NCBI GenBank assembly: GCA_041611945.1
Contig: JBFILZ010000007.1
Location: 18,110-42,109 of the forward strand
Direction: 5' to 3'
Source: Bacillus sp. (in: firmicutes)
GTDB lineage: Bacteria > Bacillota > Bacilli > Bacillales > SA4
DNA length: 24,000 nt
Shown: positions 6,861 to 15,877 of the stretch, one piece after another
Position numbering within the stretch: position 1 is the stretch's first letter
Layout of the letters: every line of letters starts with the position of its first letter
Notes under the pieces: model-generated
What the model saw: the letters and a program-made list of their open reading frames with translations, nothing else
Database searches by the model: none
Told to the model about the DNA's origin: nothing
Position numbers and translations under genes: made by a program

Positions 6861-7234
6861 TTTGAAACACCTCCTTAACCTTTAGGATTAACCATATTGG
6901 CTTGCCATATACAACAGTAGAGACACATGCCTCTGCCAAAATTGAGCATAAAGCTTTTATTTTACCTTACATTTGGCTTTTTAAAATTCAATCTTGATTG
7001 ATGGAAGGTTTATTTTGAACGTCTGTGCTAGTAGCGAGGCAAGTGCGACGAGGAAGTAGATTTTTTTCATGATTATGATTAAAACTCCTACACACCTACG
7101 AAAAAATGAGCAACTGCCAGTGTTTAGTTTGATCGTTCATGACCTATCTTTAATAATAATCTTCTTCGCATACTATTAGGAAGATTGTGGATAATAAGGA
7201 AATCATCAGTTGAATTGGAAGGGTATGTGAGTAC

Positions 7235-8557
7235 ATGGATGATATTGTCATCGCTCGTTCCTTGTTTGGAATGACAATGGGCTTTCACATTATTTATGCA
7301 ACGCTTGGAGTAGGAATTCCTTTAATGATTCTATTCGCAGAGTTACTATTTCAAAAAACAAAAGATCGCGATTATGCAATAATGGCAAATAGATGGACGA
7401 AAGGCTTTGCTGTATTACTTGGGGTTGCGATTCCAACAGGCACCATCGCAGGTGTACAGCTTGCGCTACTATGGCCTGGTTTTATGGAGGTAGTTGGAAA
7501 GGTAATTGCTCTTCCCTTTCAAATCGAAATTTTCGCTTTCTTTTTAGAAGCTTTATTTATGTCCATTTACGTATATGCGGCTGATCGGTTATCACCATGG
7601 ATGCGAATACTAAGTGTTTTTTTAGTTGCGTTAGGTGCCACAATGTCGGCCGTACTCATTACAAATGTTCATGCTTTTGAAGGGACACCAGCTGGATTTG
7701 AAATTATTAATGGTGAAATCGTTAACATTGATCCATGGGCAGCCTTTTGGAATCCTAGTTTCCTAGTCACATCTGGGCATGTAGCCGTATCTGCGTTTAT
7801 GACAGGGGCATTTGTAATAGCCTCTATTGCCGCTTTTAAAATGCTTCGAACAAATCAAGACTCTAGGAGCTATAAGTATCATAAAAAAGGGCTGATGCTC
7901 GGTTTAATTATCGGTGGCATATTCTCCTTTTTAACAGCCATCAATGGCCATGAAGGAGCACAACAGCTCCATGTATATCAGCCTGAGAAACTAGCTGCAG
8001 CTGAAGGACTATTTGAAACTCAAGCATATGCTCCATTAGCAATCGGAGGATTTACTAACCCTGTAACTAAGGAGGTTGAGTGGGGAATTGAAATTCCATG
8101 GGCGTTAAGCTTTTTGGCAGCAGATCGCTTTGACACAGTCGTTGTTGGCTTGAACGATTTTCCAGAAGAATACTGGCCTCCTCTTTTTGTCCATACTTTG
8201 TTCAATGCGATGGTCTTAATAGGAGGATTCTTAATTATGCTTTCTATTGCAGGATTCGCTTGGAATAAGATATTAAAAAAACAAACCTACCCAAAGCCTT
8301 TTATGTGGGCATTTATAGCCGCAGGTCCTCTATCCATGCTAGCTATTGAATTCGGTTGGATCTTTGCTTGTACAGGCAGACAACCTTGGGTAATTTATCG
8401 AATGATGCTTACTGAGGATGCAGTGACTGGTTCAACAAACTTAGCCTTATTATTCATCCTTTTTCTTATTGTCTATATTATCTTGGGAGTCGCTACTATC
8501 TTAGTCCTTCTAAACTACTTTAAACGTCATCCCTTTTCAGAAACACTTGAAGTATAA
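7235..8557 (+). CDS. Cytochrome bd-type quinol oxidase subunit I, short Q-loop YthA-like paralog
   Basis: 440 aa polytopic membrane protein with the CydA C-terminal hallmark GRQPWVIY and N-terminal ARSLFGMTMGFHIIYATLGVG. Its length resembles B. subtilis YthA rather than canonical CydA. Confidence 0.88.
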   Translation: MDDIVIARSLFGMTMGFHIIYATLGVGIPLMILFAELLFQKTKDRDYAIMANRWTKGFAVLLGVAIPTGTIAGVQLALLWPGFMEVVGKVIALPFQIEIFAFFLEALFMSIYVYAADRLSPWMRILSVFLVALGATMSAVLITNVHAFEGTPAGFEIINGEIVNIDPWAAFWNPSFLVTSGHVAVSAFMTGAFVIASIAAFKMLRTNQDSRSYKYHKKGLMLGLIIGGIFSFLTAINGHEGAQQLHVYQPEKLAAAEGLFETQAYAPLAIGGFTNPVTKEVEWGIEIPWALSFLAADRFDTVVVGLNDFPEEYWPPLFVHTLFNAMVLIGGFLIMLSIAGFAWNKILKKQTYPKPFMWAFIAAGPLSMLAIEFGWIFACTGRQPWVIYRMMLTEDAVTGSTNLALLFILFLIVYIILGVATILVLLNYFKRHPFSETLEV

Positions 8558-8624
8558 AAATTCTTTTCAAGCAAATAAAGTTTTTAACCTACATAGTTAA
8601 GGGACCAAGAAAGGCGTGAGTCAT

Positions 8625-9665
8625 ATGACAGAAGTATTTTTAGCAATAACACTTTTGTGGGGCTTTATTTTTATTTATGCTGTTGCTGCAACGATAGATT
8701 TTGGTGCAGGTTTTTGGTCGATGTTTTATTTGAATCGTCAAAAGAAGACAAAAGCAACAAACATTGCAAATCGCTACTTGTCCCCTTCATGGAAAATCAC
8801 AAATGTTTTTATCGTATCAATTGTTGTTTCATTAGTTACCTTTTTTCCTGGAGCTGCTTTTTCGCTAGGAACAGTCCTATTAATTCCGGCTAGTTTTATT
8901 ATTTTATTATTGGCTTTACGAAGTGGATTTCTCGTTTTCTCACATACCGTTAATGATTACCAAAAGATGCTTTCCTATGTATCAGGAATATCTGGTTTAC
9001 TAATTCCCGCACTTCTGATATTAGTTCTCCCGATCTCGGAAGGTGGATTTATTGAAGTAATTGATGGTGTTGAACAACTCCAAATCGATGTCCTCCTAAA
9101 AAGCACCCATGCTTATGCCTATATCGGTTTTGCAATCAGTAGTACGCTGTTTCTTTCGTCTCTTCTTCTTGCTGATTATTCTAATGAATCAGATTCTGAA
9201 GATACCTATTATATTTATCGTAAAGATGCCATTATTTTAGGACCGGTCACCTTAATAATGGCATTCTTAATCATACAAACAATGCAATTTGAGGCTAAGT
9301 GGTTATACGAAGACCTTCTTAATTATATTCCATGGCTCATAACTTCAGTTACATTATTTGCAATTGGCTACTTATCACTGTTTTTGAGATCTACTAAATC
9401 TCCTTCTCTAAACGGACGACCTCGTTTAGCAATTATGGCTATTATTTTTCAATATCTAGCAGCAAGTTATGCATATGGACGAGCACACTTACCTTATATT
9501 GTTTATCCGAATGTTACCATTGAATCAGGTTTTACCGATCCAAAGACGTTTAGAGCACTCTTCATTGTCTATTTAGTTTGCTCTGCCATCTTAATTCCAG
9601 GTTTCATATATTTCTGGAGGCTATTCATGAAAGACAAACGATATCTAAAACATACCGACTCATAA
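8625..9665 (+). CDS. Cytochrome bd-type quinol oxidase subunit II (YthB-like)
   Basis: About 346 aa polytopic membrane protein directly downstream of subunit I, with N-terminus LWGFIFIYAVAATIDFGAGFW typical of CydB-family proteins. Start is ambiguous between GTG 8616 and ATG 8625; I chose 8625 because GAAAGG lies 10 nt upstream. Confidence 0.8.
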   Translation: MTEVFLAITLLWGFIFIYAVAATIDFGAGFWSMFYLNRQKKTKATNIANRYLSPSWKITNVFIVSIVVSLVTFFPGAAFSLGTVLLIPASFIILLLALRSGFLVFSHTVNDYQKMLSYVSGISGLLIPALLILVLPISEGGFIEVIDGVEQLQIDVLLKSTHAYAYIGFAISSTLFLSSLLLADYSNESDSEDTYYIYRKDAIILGPVTLIMAFLIIQTMQFEAKWLYEDLLNYIPWLITSVTLFAIGYLSLFLRSTKSPSLNGRPRLAIMAIIFQYLAASYAYGRAHLPYIVYPNVTIESGFTDPKTFRALFIVYLVCSAILIPGFIYFWRLFMKDKRYLKHTDS

Positions 9666-9815
9666 TAATGAATTCCTCTTATAAGTTTTAAGCTGATGAT
9701 TTAACTCTAGAAAATATTCACTTTTTAACACTTTAATATATTTGTTCGTTTAATAAATAACTTTCCACTTGTTGAACACACTATATAAATGGTTGGGAAC
9801 GGAGGTGAATAATTA

Positions 9816-9971
9816 GTGGAGCAGAATCCTATTTATACTGATTCTTTAGGGAATATGTGGTATCACGAACTATCAACTGAGAATCATTTTAATGACATTG
9901 ATTTGTTTGAATTACAAGATGGCTATTTATTCGACGAATCAGCAGATAAACTTTCTCCATTCTTTCATTAA
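9816..9971 (+). CDS. Hypothetical small acidic protein, 51 aa (below the ORF-track cut-off)
   Basis: GTG start preceded by a strong SD GGAGGTG (9801-9807). Translation: MEQNPIYTDSLGNMWYHELSTENHFNDIDLFELQDGYLFDESADKLSPFFH. No family recognised. Confidence 0.45.
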   Translation: MEQNPIYTDSLGNMWYHELSTENHFNDIDLFELQDGYLFDESADKLSPFFH

Positions 9972-9995
9972 TTCCATGAAAAGGATGTAAACGTG

Positions 9996-10032
9996 TTAAA
10001 AACAAGGAGTCAGGCTTTGCGTCCCTGGCTCC
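9996..10032 (-). terminator. Rho-independent terminator oriented for the minus strand, with no annotated minus-strand gene upstream of it
   Basis: Minus-strand RNA GGAGCCAGG-gacgcaaag-CCUGACUCC (one mismatch) followed by UUGUUUUUAA. On the plus strand the hairpin lacks a U-tract. Confidence 0.5.
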
Positions 10033-10371
10033 ACTAACTTCAAACACTTTAATATCTCATAATTTGGAAATGGTATGTAATCAGGCGATCATTTAGTACT
10101 TATTTAGTCATTTTATCGAAAGTAGAAGCCAATTTTATTTTTGGACTGTTTTCGCATACTTGTTGCATTTTGATTAATTAAACTCTAATAAATAGGTATG
10201 TTGATTGTAGCGAAATTTAATATTCTTTACTAGAAACAGCCTATTTTTTTTACCTCGAATTTTATCATAATTTTGAAAACTAATTGGGTTTGTAATGGCA
10301 ACCCTTCCTTTAGTAAGTTACTATTTAGGTGAGTATCTAAATTCAATTTACTTATAGAATGGGGATTCCTA

Positions 10372-11439
10372 ATGCTTGGACAAAAAAGAATAAGAGATTT
10401 CGGGATAAAAATTGGAAGACTAGAAACTGGGCTTAATAACTCAATTTCTGATATTGAAGGTATAACTGTTGGTCATGTAACACTTAGTGAAAAGAATATG
10501 CAAACAGGTGTCACAGCTATTCTACCTCACCAAGGAGATATTTTTAAGGAAAAATTGATTGCATCAACCTATGTAATCAATGGTTTTGGTAAGTCAATGG
10601 GTACCATCCAAGTGAATGAGTTAGGGACATTAGAGACACCCATTATTTTAACAAATACACTTAGTATCGGCACAGCTTCTGACGCCTTAATTGAATATAT
10701 GTTAGAGCAGAATGAAGAAATCGGTCGAACAACAGGAACCGTCAATCCTATTGTAGCCGAATGCAATGATATGCTTTTAAATGATGTTAGAGCTAAGTAT
10801 GTAAATAAAGAACATATATTTGATGCAATCGGAAGTGCATCTGTTGAATTTCTTGAAGGCACTGCTGGAGCAGGTACTGGTATGCTTTGTTATTCTATAA
10901 AAGGGGGAATAGGAACTGCATCTAGACTCATGCCAATGGGACATGGTACATATAAGTTAGGTGTTCTCGTATTAACCAATTTTGGTATTTTAAGTGATTT
11001 AATCGTCAATGGAAATCCTGTAGGTGATGCGCTAAAGGATAAAATTTTACATACAAAAGATGAAAAGGATAAGGGCTCCATTATTATTATTGTGGCGACT
11101 GATCTTCCTGTTTCAGAAAGACAACTAAACAGAATTATTAAACGTACTGTAACAGGTTTATCTAAAACAGGCTCAATCATAACAACAGGAAGTGGCGAGG
11201 TTGTTATCGGCTTTTCAACTGCAACAAGGATACCTCATGATCAGCCAAAAGATTTATTACAAACAAAGACTATTCATGAAGAAGACATAGACCTAGCATT
11301 CAGAGCAGTAGGTGAGGCCACTGAGGAAGCTGTACTCAATTCATTAATTACAGCAACTCATATTGTAGGACGAGATGGGAATGAGAGACCCACTTTAATA
11401 AATTTATTGGAGAAGTATAATATGAAGTTAACTAAATAG
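10372..11439 (+). CDS. DmpA/BapA-type (peptidase S58, P1 family) aminopeptidase
   Basis: 355 aa. N-terminus RIRDFGIKIGRLETG.NNSI.DI.GI.VGH.TL and an internal ...KGSIIIIVATDLPV... segment resembling the self-processing Gly-Ser site of the family. SD GGGGA 6 nt upstream. Confidence 0.75.
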   Translation: MLGQKRIRDFGIKIGRLETGLNNSISDIEGITVGHVTLSEKNMQTGVTAILPHQGDIFKEKLIASTYVINGFGKSMGTIQVNELGTLETPIILTNTLSIGTASDALIEYMLEQNEEIGRTTGTVNPIVAECNDMLLNDVRAKYVNKEHIFDAIGSASVEFLEGTAGAGTGMLCYSIKGGIGTASRLMPMGHGTYKLGVLVLTNFGILSDLIVNGNPVGDALKDKILHTKDEKDKGSIIIIVATDLPVSERQLNRIIKRTVTGLSKTGSIITTGSGEVVIGFSTATRIPHDQPKDLLQTKTIHEEDIDLAFRAVGEATEEAVLNSLITATHIVGRDGNERPTLINLLEKYNMKLTK

Positions 11440-11460
11440 GAAAAGTTGATGAATATAAAT

Positions 11461-11493
11461 AAAGCGCCAGATTAGGTCTGACGCTTTTTCTTT
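11461..11493. terminator. Bidirectional Rho-independent terminator between the aminopeptidase gene (+) and mntD (-)
   Basis: AAGCGCCAGA / TCTGACGCTT stem with one mismatch, T-run on the plus side and TTTATTTAT on the minus side. Confidence 0.7.
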
Positions 11494-11527
11494 ATATCTA
11501 CTAGCTGAAATAGTTCATAATTTACAC

Positions 11528-12418
11528 CTATTGCTCTGTCTTAGTTTCTCTATTCGTTTGATAGCGTGCAATCCATTTTGCTAATAATCCATGGCTAGGT
11601 GAAAATATAAATACTATAGTAAAGATGATTCCAAGAACCATTGCCATCGAACCAGCAATCGAGACATTGAATACAACGGCTACATAATATCCTGCAACAG
11701 CTGAAATAACACCTATAACAGCACTCAATAGTAGCATTACACTTAATCTTTCTGTTAATAAATATGCAGTTGCTCCTGGTGCGATCAGCATGGCAACTAC
11801 CAGGATTGCTCCAACAGCATCAAAGGCTGCTACTGTTGTGATGGAAACCATACCCATCAACAAATAATGTATAAACATTATGGGAATACCGAGTGTAACT
11901 GCCATTTGTGGATCAAACGAGCAAACTTTGATTTCCTTATAAAATAATCCAATTAGAATGATAACTAGAATTAACACAGCAGCTAACAAAAAAACTGCTC
12001 TAGGACCTTCAATGCCAAATACTGTGATTAAATCCCATGGTACAAATGCAATTTCTCCCATCAATGCATGTTGAGCATCAATATGAACTCGATTTGCGAA
12101 TACCGATATTAATATAACACCTATAGCAAACAAGGATGTAAATACTACACCTATCGCAGCATCAGTTTGAACACCACTAGAATCTAACAATTGGACAAAA
12201 TAGGCTGTTAGTAACCCTACTATTAAAGCACCGATCAGCATATTTATTCCCGATATCGCATTACTCACAATATATGCACCAACTATACCTAATAAAACAG
12301 TATGACTAATCGCATCTGCAAGCATAGCCATTCGTCTTAATATGAGAAAACTGCCAATCATCCCACAAGAAATTCCAACCAGAGAGCCAGTTAAGATTAT
12401 CCAAGCATCATAACTCAT
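11528..12418 (-). CDS. mntD: Manganese ABC transporter permease MntD (ABC-3 family)
   Basis: 296 aa polytopic ABC-3 permease, last gene of an SBP-ATPase-permease-permease operon. Its ATG overlaps the mntC stop (ATGA, 12415-12418). SD GGAGGG lies inside the end of mntC. Confidence 0.85.
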   Translation of the reverse strand: MSYDAWIILTGSLVGISCGMIGSFLILRRMAMLADAISHTVLLGIVGAYIVSNAISGINMLIGALIVGLLTAYFVQLLDSSGVQTDAAIGVVFTSLFAIGVILISVFANRVHIDAQHALMGEIAFVPWDLITVFGIEGPRAVFLLAAVLILVIILIGLFYKEIKVCSFDPQMAVTLGIPIMFIHYLLMGMVSITTVAAFDAVGAILVVAMLIAPGATAYLLTERLSVMLLLSAVIGVISAVAGYYVAVVFNVSIAGSMAMVLGIIFTIVFIFSPSHGLLAKWIARYQTNRETKTEQ

Positions 12419-13785
12419 CGACTGACCCTCCTTTGTTCTTTCGAACTTGAATTCTTACTTATCGCGTTATCTTTTGTAGAAAATTGAACCAATGTAGATG
12501 GTTGAAATAACGGGATTCTTCCTAGTCCATCTAGTAAGCCAAGTAGTTCGTCTTTTTCTTTTACTGGTATAGTAAGATAAGATAAATGTGTATCACTGTT
12601 GAAATTCAGATGAGCATATTTCATTTCATTCATTAAATACACTTCCATTATTCTGTTGTTGAGAACAACCTCATAAGCTTCTTCTAAACCCATATTTGTA
12701 AATCGAATAGACTGTCCATTTATCAATTCAACAACTTTATCTTTCAACAGTTGGTTCAGCCAAAACTTAAATTTTTTCAGTGACATAAGCTGTTGTACCT
12801 TAGAAAGACTACTCATATCTATAACACCGGTAAACCCTTTTTCATCTACATTTTTTTCACAAAACTCATAGATTAATTGTAAAATTTGCTGTCTTTCAGT
12901 TGTTTTACGGAGCTTATAGTAGTGGATGACTTTCGTAAGGAGGCCTCGTTTTGGAGAAAAGACCAACGAAATTAAAAAGATACAAGTTGCTGCCACAATA
13001 ATAAGAGGACCAGTAGGCATTCGATTAGCTACTGTACTTAATAAGGTTCCAAGTACCCCTGATATGGCTCCAATTCCGCCTGCAATAACCACCATATAGT
13101 CTAAGCGTTCTGTCCAATACCTAGCTGCGATTGCAGGTGTAATAAGCATTGCAGACATTAAGACAACCCCAACTGCTTGTAGCCCAATCACCACAGCACC
13201 TACAATTAGCACCATAAGTAAACCGTTCAGAATCCCTGTTGGAAGTCCAATTCCCTTTGCAAACTGAACATCAAAGGTCAGTAACTTCAATTCTTTGAAA
13301 ATAACAAAGGTAATGACAAGAAGAACCGTTGATATCGTTACCATCATTCTAACATCGTCACCAACAAGTGAAGCTGCTTGACCAAATATAAAATGATCCA
13401 ATCCTGTTTGATTGCCGTTATTTAACTGAGCAATATAGGTTAATAACACAATTCCTATACCAAAAAATACAGAAAGTACTAACCCGATAGCCGTATCTTC
13501 TTTTATTCTTGAATAAGTTGAAATCGCATGAATGAAAAAACTTGCTAATAAACCAAGTACGGCTGCCCCAATCATAAACGCAAGAATTGACTTTTCACCA
13601 GTGATTAAGAACACTAGGCATATTCCTGGAAGGGCAGCATGTGCCATAGCATCCCCTATCAAACTTTGCCTCTTCAATAAAGCAAAACTTCCTAACACAC
13701 CGCTTGCTAATCCCAGTAATAAAGTTCCCATTATAACCCATTGAGTATTGCTATCTTGCAATAAGCGAATCAAGGTATCGACCAT
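12415..13785 (-). CDS. mntC: Manganese ABC transporter permease MntC with a C-terminal ~175-aa cytoplasmic DtxR/MntR-like domain
   Basis: The N-terminal ~280 aa is an ABC-3 permease paralogous to MntD. The C-terminal tail has a winged-helix plus dimerisation-helix pattern (see finding). Start set to ATG 13785 (MVDTLIRLL) because AGGAG overlapping the mntB stop lies 8 nt upstream; the track's 13794 start sits on the SD. Confidence 0.85.
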   Translation of the reverse strand: MVDTLIRLLQDSNTQWVIMGTLLLGLASGVLGSFALLKRQSLIGDAMAHAALPGICLVFLITGEKSILAFMIGAAVLGLLASFFIHAISTYSRIKEDTAIGLVLSVFFGIGIVLLTYIAQLNNGNQTGLDHFIFGQAASLVGDDVRMMVTISTVLLVITFVIFKELKLLTFDVQFAKGIGLPTGILNGLLMVLIVGAVVIGLQAVGVVLMSAMLITPAIAARYWTERLDYMVVIAGGIGAISGVLGTLLSTVANRMPTGPLIIVAATCIFLISLVFSPKRGLLTKVIHYYKLRKTTERQQILQLIYEFCEKNVDEKGFTGVIDMSSLSKVQQLMSLKKFKFWLNQLLKDKVVELINGQSIRFTNMGLEEAYEVVLNNRIMEVYLMNEMKYAHLNFNSDTHLSYLTIPVKEKDELLGLLDGLGRIPLFQPSTLVQFSTKDNAISKNSSSKEQRRVSR

Positions 13786-13796
13786 GATCATCACTC

Positions 13797-14546
13797 CTAT
13801 TTTTGTTCTACTAGTAAATTCCCTTGATCAAGAAATGCCAATCTACCACCATATGTCTTTTGAAGATTTTCTAATGTAAATACGTCCTCCGTTGGTCCAA
13901 TTGCAATCTTACGAAGGTTTAATAAGAGTACCCAGTCAAAGTATTCTTTTACTGTTTGCAAATCATGGTGTACAACCAATACAGTCTTCCCTTGTGCCTT
14001 TAATTCATTTAGTAGAACAATGATCGCCTTCTCAGTCGCTGCATCTACTCCAACAAAAGGTTCATCCATAAAATAAACCGTTGCATCCTGAGCCAGTGCT
14101 CTTGCTAAAAATACTCGTTGTTGTTGACCACCAGACAATTGACTGATTTGTCTAGATGCAAACTCCTTCATTCCAACTTTGTCTAAGCAATCTAAGGCAA
14201 AATCAATATCCTTCTTAGCTGGCCTTCTAAACCATCCGATTAGACCATAACGCCCCATTAATACAACATCTAAGGCATTTGTAGGAAAATCCCAATCTAC
14301 TGATCCTCTTTGAGGGACATAACCCACTAGTTTTCGTTGTTGCTTATATGGTTTTTCATAAATTGATACATCTCCAGAAGCCTTTGGTATTAACCCTAAT
14401 ATCGCCTTTATTAGAGTTGATTTCCCCGCTCCATTCGGACCTACAATTCCTATTAGTTTTCCTTCTGGAACAGTAAAACTCACTTCTTTAAGAACTGGTT
14501 TTTTACGGTACGCAACGGTTAAATTCTCAACTTTAATCGGCTCCAT
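13797..14546 (-). CDS. mntB: Manganese ABC transporter ATP-binding protein MntB
   Basis: Walker [13 protein letters not shown] signature LSGGQQQR, Walker B VYFMDEP. 249 aa. SD AAGGGGGA upstream. Confidence 0.92.
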   Translation of the reverse strand: MEPIKVENLTVAYRKKPVLKEVSFTVPEGKLIGIVGPNGAGKSTLIKAILGLIPKASGDVSIYEKPYKQQRKLVGYVPQRGSVDWDFPTNALDVVLMGRYGLIGWFRRPAKKDIDFALDCLDKVGMKEFASRQISQLSGGQQQRVFLARALAQDATVYFMDEPFVGVDAATEKAIIVLLNELKAQGKTVLVVHHDLQTVKEYFDWVLLLNLRKIAIGPTEDVFTLENLQKTYGGRLAFLDQGNLLVEQK

Positions 14547-14572
14547 TTGAATCCCCCTTAATTTGTTTCAAA

Positions 14573-14602
14573 GAGTATGATATTTTGCACATTATCATAC
14601 TC
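14573..14602 (-). other. Intercistronic perfect 10-bp hairpin between mntA and mntB
   Basis: GAGTATGATA (14573-14582) / TATCATACTC (14593-14602) with a 10-nt loop, followed on the minus strand by UUUGAAACAAAUU. Likely a partial terminator or mRNA stabiliser that raises the SBP to transporter ratio. Confidence 0.5.
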
Positions 14603-14621
14603 TCATAGGAATAATACTACA

Positions 14622-15557
14622 TTATTTCAAAGCAGATACAATAGTGTCAACATTATGTTTATACATGCCTATATAAGTTCCTTCTTCGGTTCCATCTGCT
14701 CCCATTGCATCACTATACAATTCTCCACCAATTAAAACATTATGGCCTTTGCTTTTGGCCCCTTCAACAATAGAGTTTATTGATCGATCGTGAATACTCG
14801 TTTCAATAAATACGGCTTTTATCTTTTGCTCCACTAATACATCAACTAGGTCTTGAACATCCTTTAATCCATATTCAGAATCTGTACTTAAACCTTGTAA
14901 ACCTCTCACTTCGATACCATATGCATTTCCAAAATAACGGAAGGCATCATGTGCTGTAACTAAAATTCGGCTCTCTTTAGGTATTGTATTGATTTGCTCT
15001 ATAGCATATTTTTTTAAGTTTAATAGTTCAGAAATATAGTTGTCAGCATTCTCTTTATATTCATCCTTATGTTCTGGGTCTAAAGCTGCTAATTCCTTTT
15101 CTATTGCTCTAACAGCATAAATCCAGTTATCGACATCAAACCAAACATGTGGATCATGATATAGTGGGTTTTCTTCATCCGCAAGTAATTTTTCTTTTGG
15201 GATGTCTTCCCCAACGGCAACTGTTGGCTTATCCCGATTCATCTTTTCAAAAATTTCTCCCATTTTGCCTTCAAGATGCAACCCATTATAAAAAATAATT
15301 TCAGCATTCGATAACTTTTTAATATCCCCTTGAGAAGCTTTGTATAGATGAGGATCTACACCAGGTCCCATTAGTGATTCGACTTTGACATATTTTCCGC
15401 CAACATTTTCAACAGCATCTTTAATTTGTCCAATGGTTGTCGTTACATTAATCACATCGGAATCACCTGATGTCTGCTTGGCAGTTGAACAAGCTCCCAT
15501 AGAACCTGCTACTATAACAAATAATAATAAAGTAAAAAACATTTTTTTAATTTTCAT
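14622..15557 (-). CDS. mntA: Manganese ABC transporter substrate-binding lipoprotein MntA (cluster A-I)
   Basis: Lipoprotein signal MKIKKMFFTLLLFVIVAGSMGAC. DPHVWFD motif. No His-rich loop, which fits a manganese-type rather than zinc-type protein. SD GGAGGTG 9 nt upstream. Confidence 0.9.
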   Translation of the reverse strand: MKIKKMFFTLLLFVIVAGSMGACSTAKQTSGDSDVINVTTTIGQIKDAVENVGGKYVKVESLMGPGVDPHLYKASQGDIKKLSNAEIIFYNGLHLEGKMGEIFEKMNRDKPTVAVGEDIPKEKLLADEENPLYHDPHVWFDVDNWIYAVRAIEKELAALDPEHKDEYKENADNYISELLNLKKYAIEQINTIPKESRILVTAHDAFRYFGNAYGIEVRGLQGLSTDSEYGLKDVQDLVDVLVEQKIKAVFIETSIHDRSINSIVEGAKSKGHNVLIGGELYSDAMGADGTEEGTYIGMYKHNVDTIVSALK

Positions 15558-15592
15558 TTGTATTGCACCTCCATTTTTTGTTTAAGCTATAA

Positions 15593-15614
15593 GTTTTTCC
15601 TAAGGGCAACTTTT
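15593..15614 (-). promoter_or_regulatory. MntR-like operator upstream of mntA
   Basis: Minus-strand AAAAGTTGCCCTTAGGAAAAAC contains the imperfect dyad TTGCCC-TTAGG-AAA, resembling the TTTGCCTTAAGGAAA-type MntR site as I recall it. It lies about 40-55 nt upstream of the mntA ATG. Confidence 0.5.
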
Positions 15615-15829
15615 ACCCCAAAAAAAAGCAACATTGACCTCTTTAGACTATTCAATTTTACAAATAATGTGATAAAAACTTTACCGAACGAACAGTTTGT
15701 GTATAACCAACAAAAAGTTTCCTTACTACAAAATTTAAACCTAAACTAAACTTTTGTCAATCACTAACTCTTCGACAAAAAAAATAAATGTTAAGAGTAG
15801 AGAATTCAGTAGCCTTTTGCAAAGTAGAT

Positions 15830-15877
15830 AAATCTAAAAATAAACCTCCCAAGTGTGGAAGGTTTATTTTTAGATTT
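15830..15877. terminator. Long hairpin (18 bp perfect) acting as terminator of the men operon and insulator from the mntA promoter
   Basis: AAATCTAAAAATAAACCT (15830-15847) pairs perfectly with AGGTTTATTTTTAGATTT (15860-15877). The A/T runs are embedded in both arms, so it could terminate in both directions. It lies 175 nt downstream of the menE stop. Confidence 0.65.

Noticed and set aside
6669-6878. 69-aa plus-strand ORF from the track (MVASISFLRS...)
   Set aside because: It is exactly antisense to the well-supported DUF1540 gene. It has a TTG start with no SD and a low-complexity F/Y/I/C-rich product. It is best explained as a shadow ORF, although the region may still be transcribed as antisense RNA (see the Fur-box finding).
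7002-7016. 15-mer TGGAAGGTTTATTTT shared between 7002-7016 and 15856-15870; considered as a dispersed repeat
   Set aside because: A rough expectation for a 15-nt match in a 24-kb AT-rich window, counting both strands, is on the order of one. The second copy is just one arm of a terminator hairpin, and no further flanking similarity was seen.
6981-7070. 29-codon minus-strand ORF MKKIYFLVALASLLAQTFKINLPSIKIEF near the bd-oxidase genes; considered as a CydX/CydS-like small subunit
   Set aside because: It is on the opposite strand to the oxidase operon. Its SD (AGGAG) is 14 nt from the ATG, which is too far. It is short, and I cannot assess its conservation. I am not confident enough to call it.
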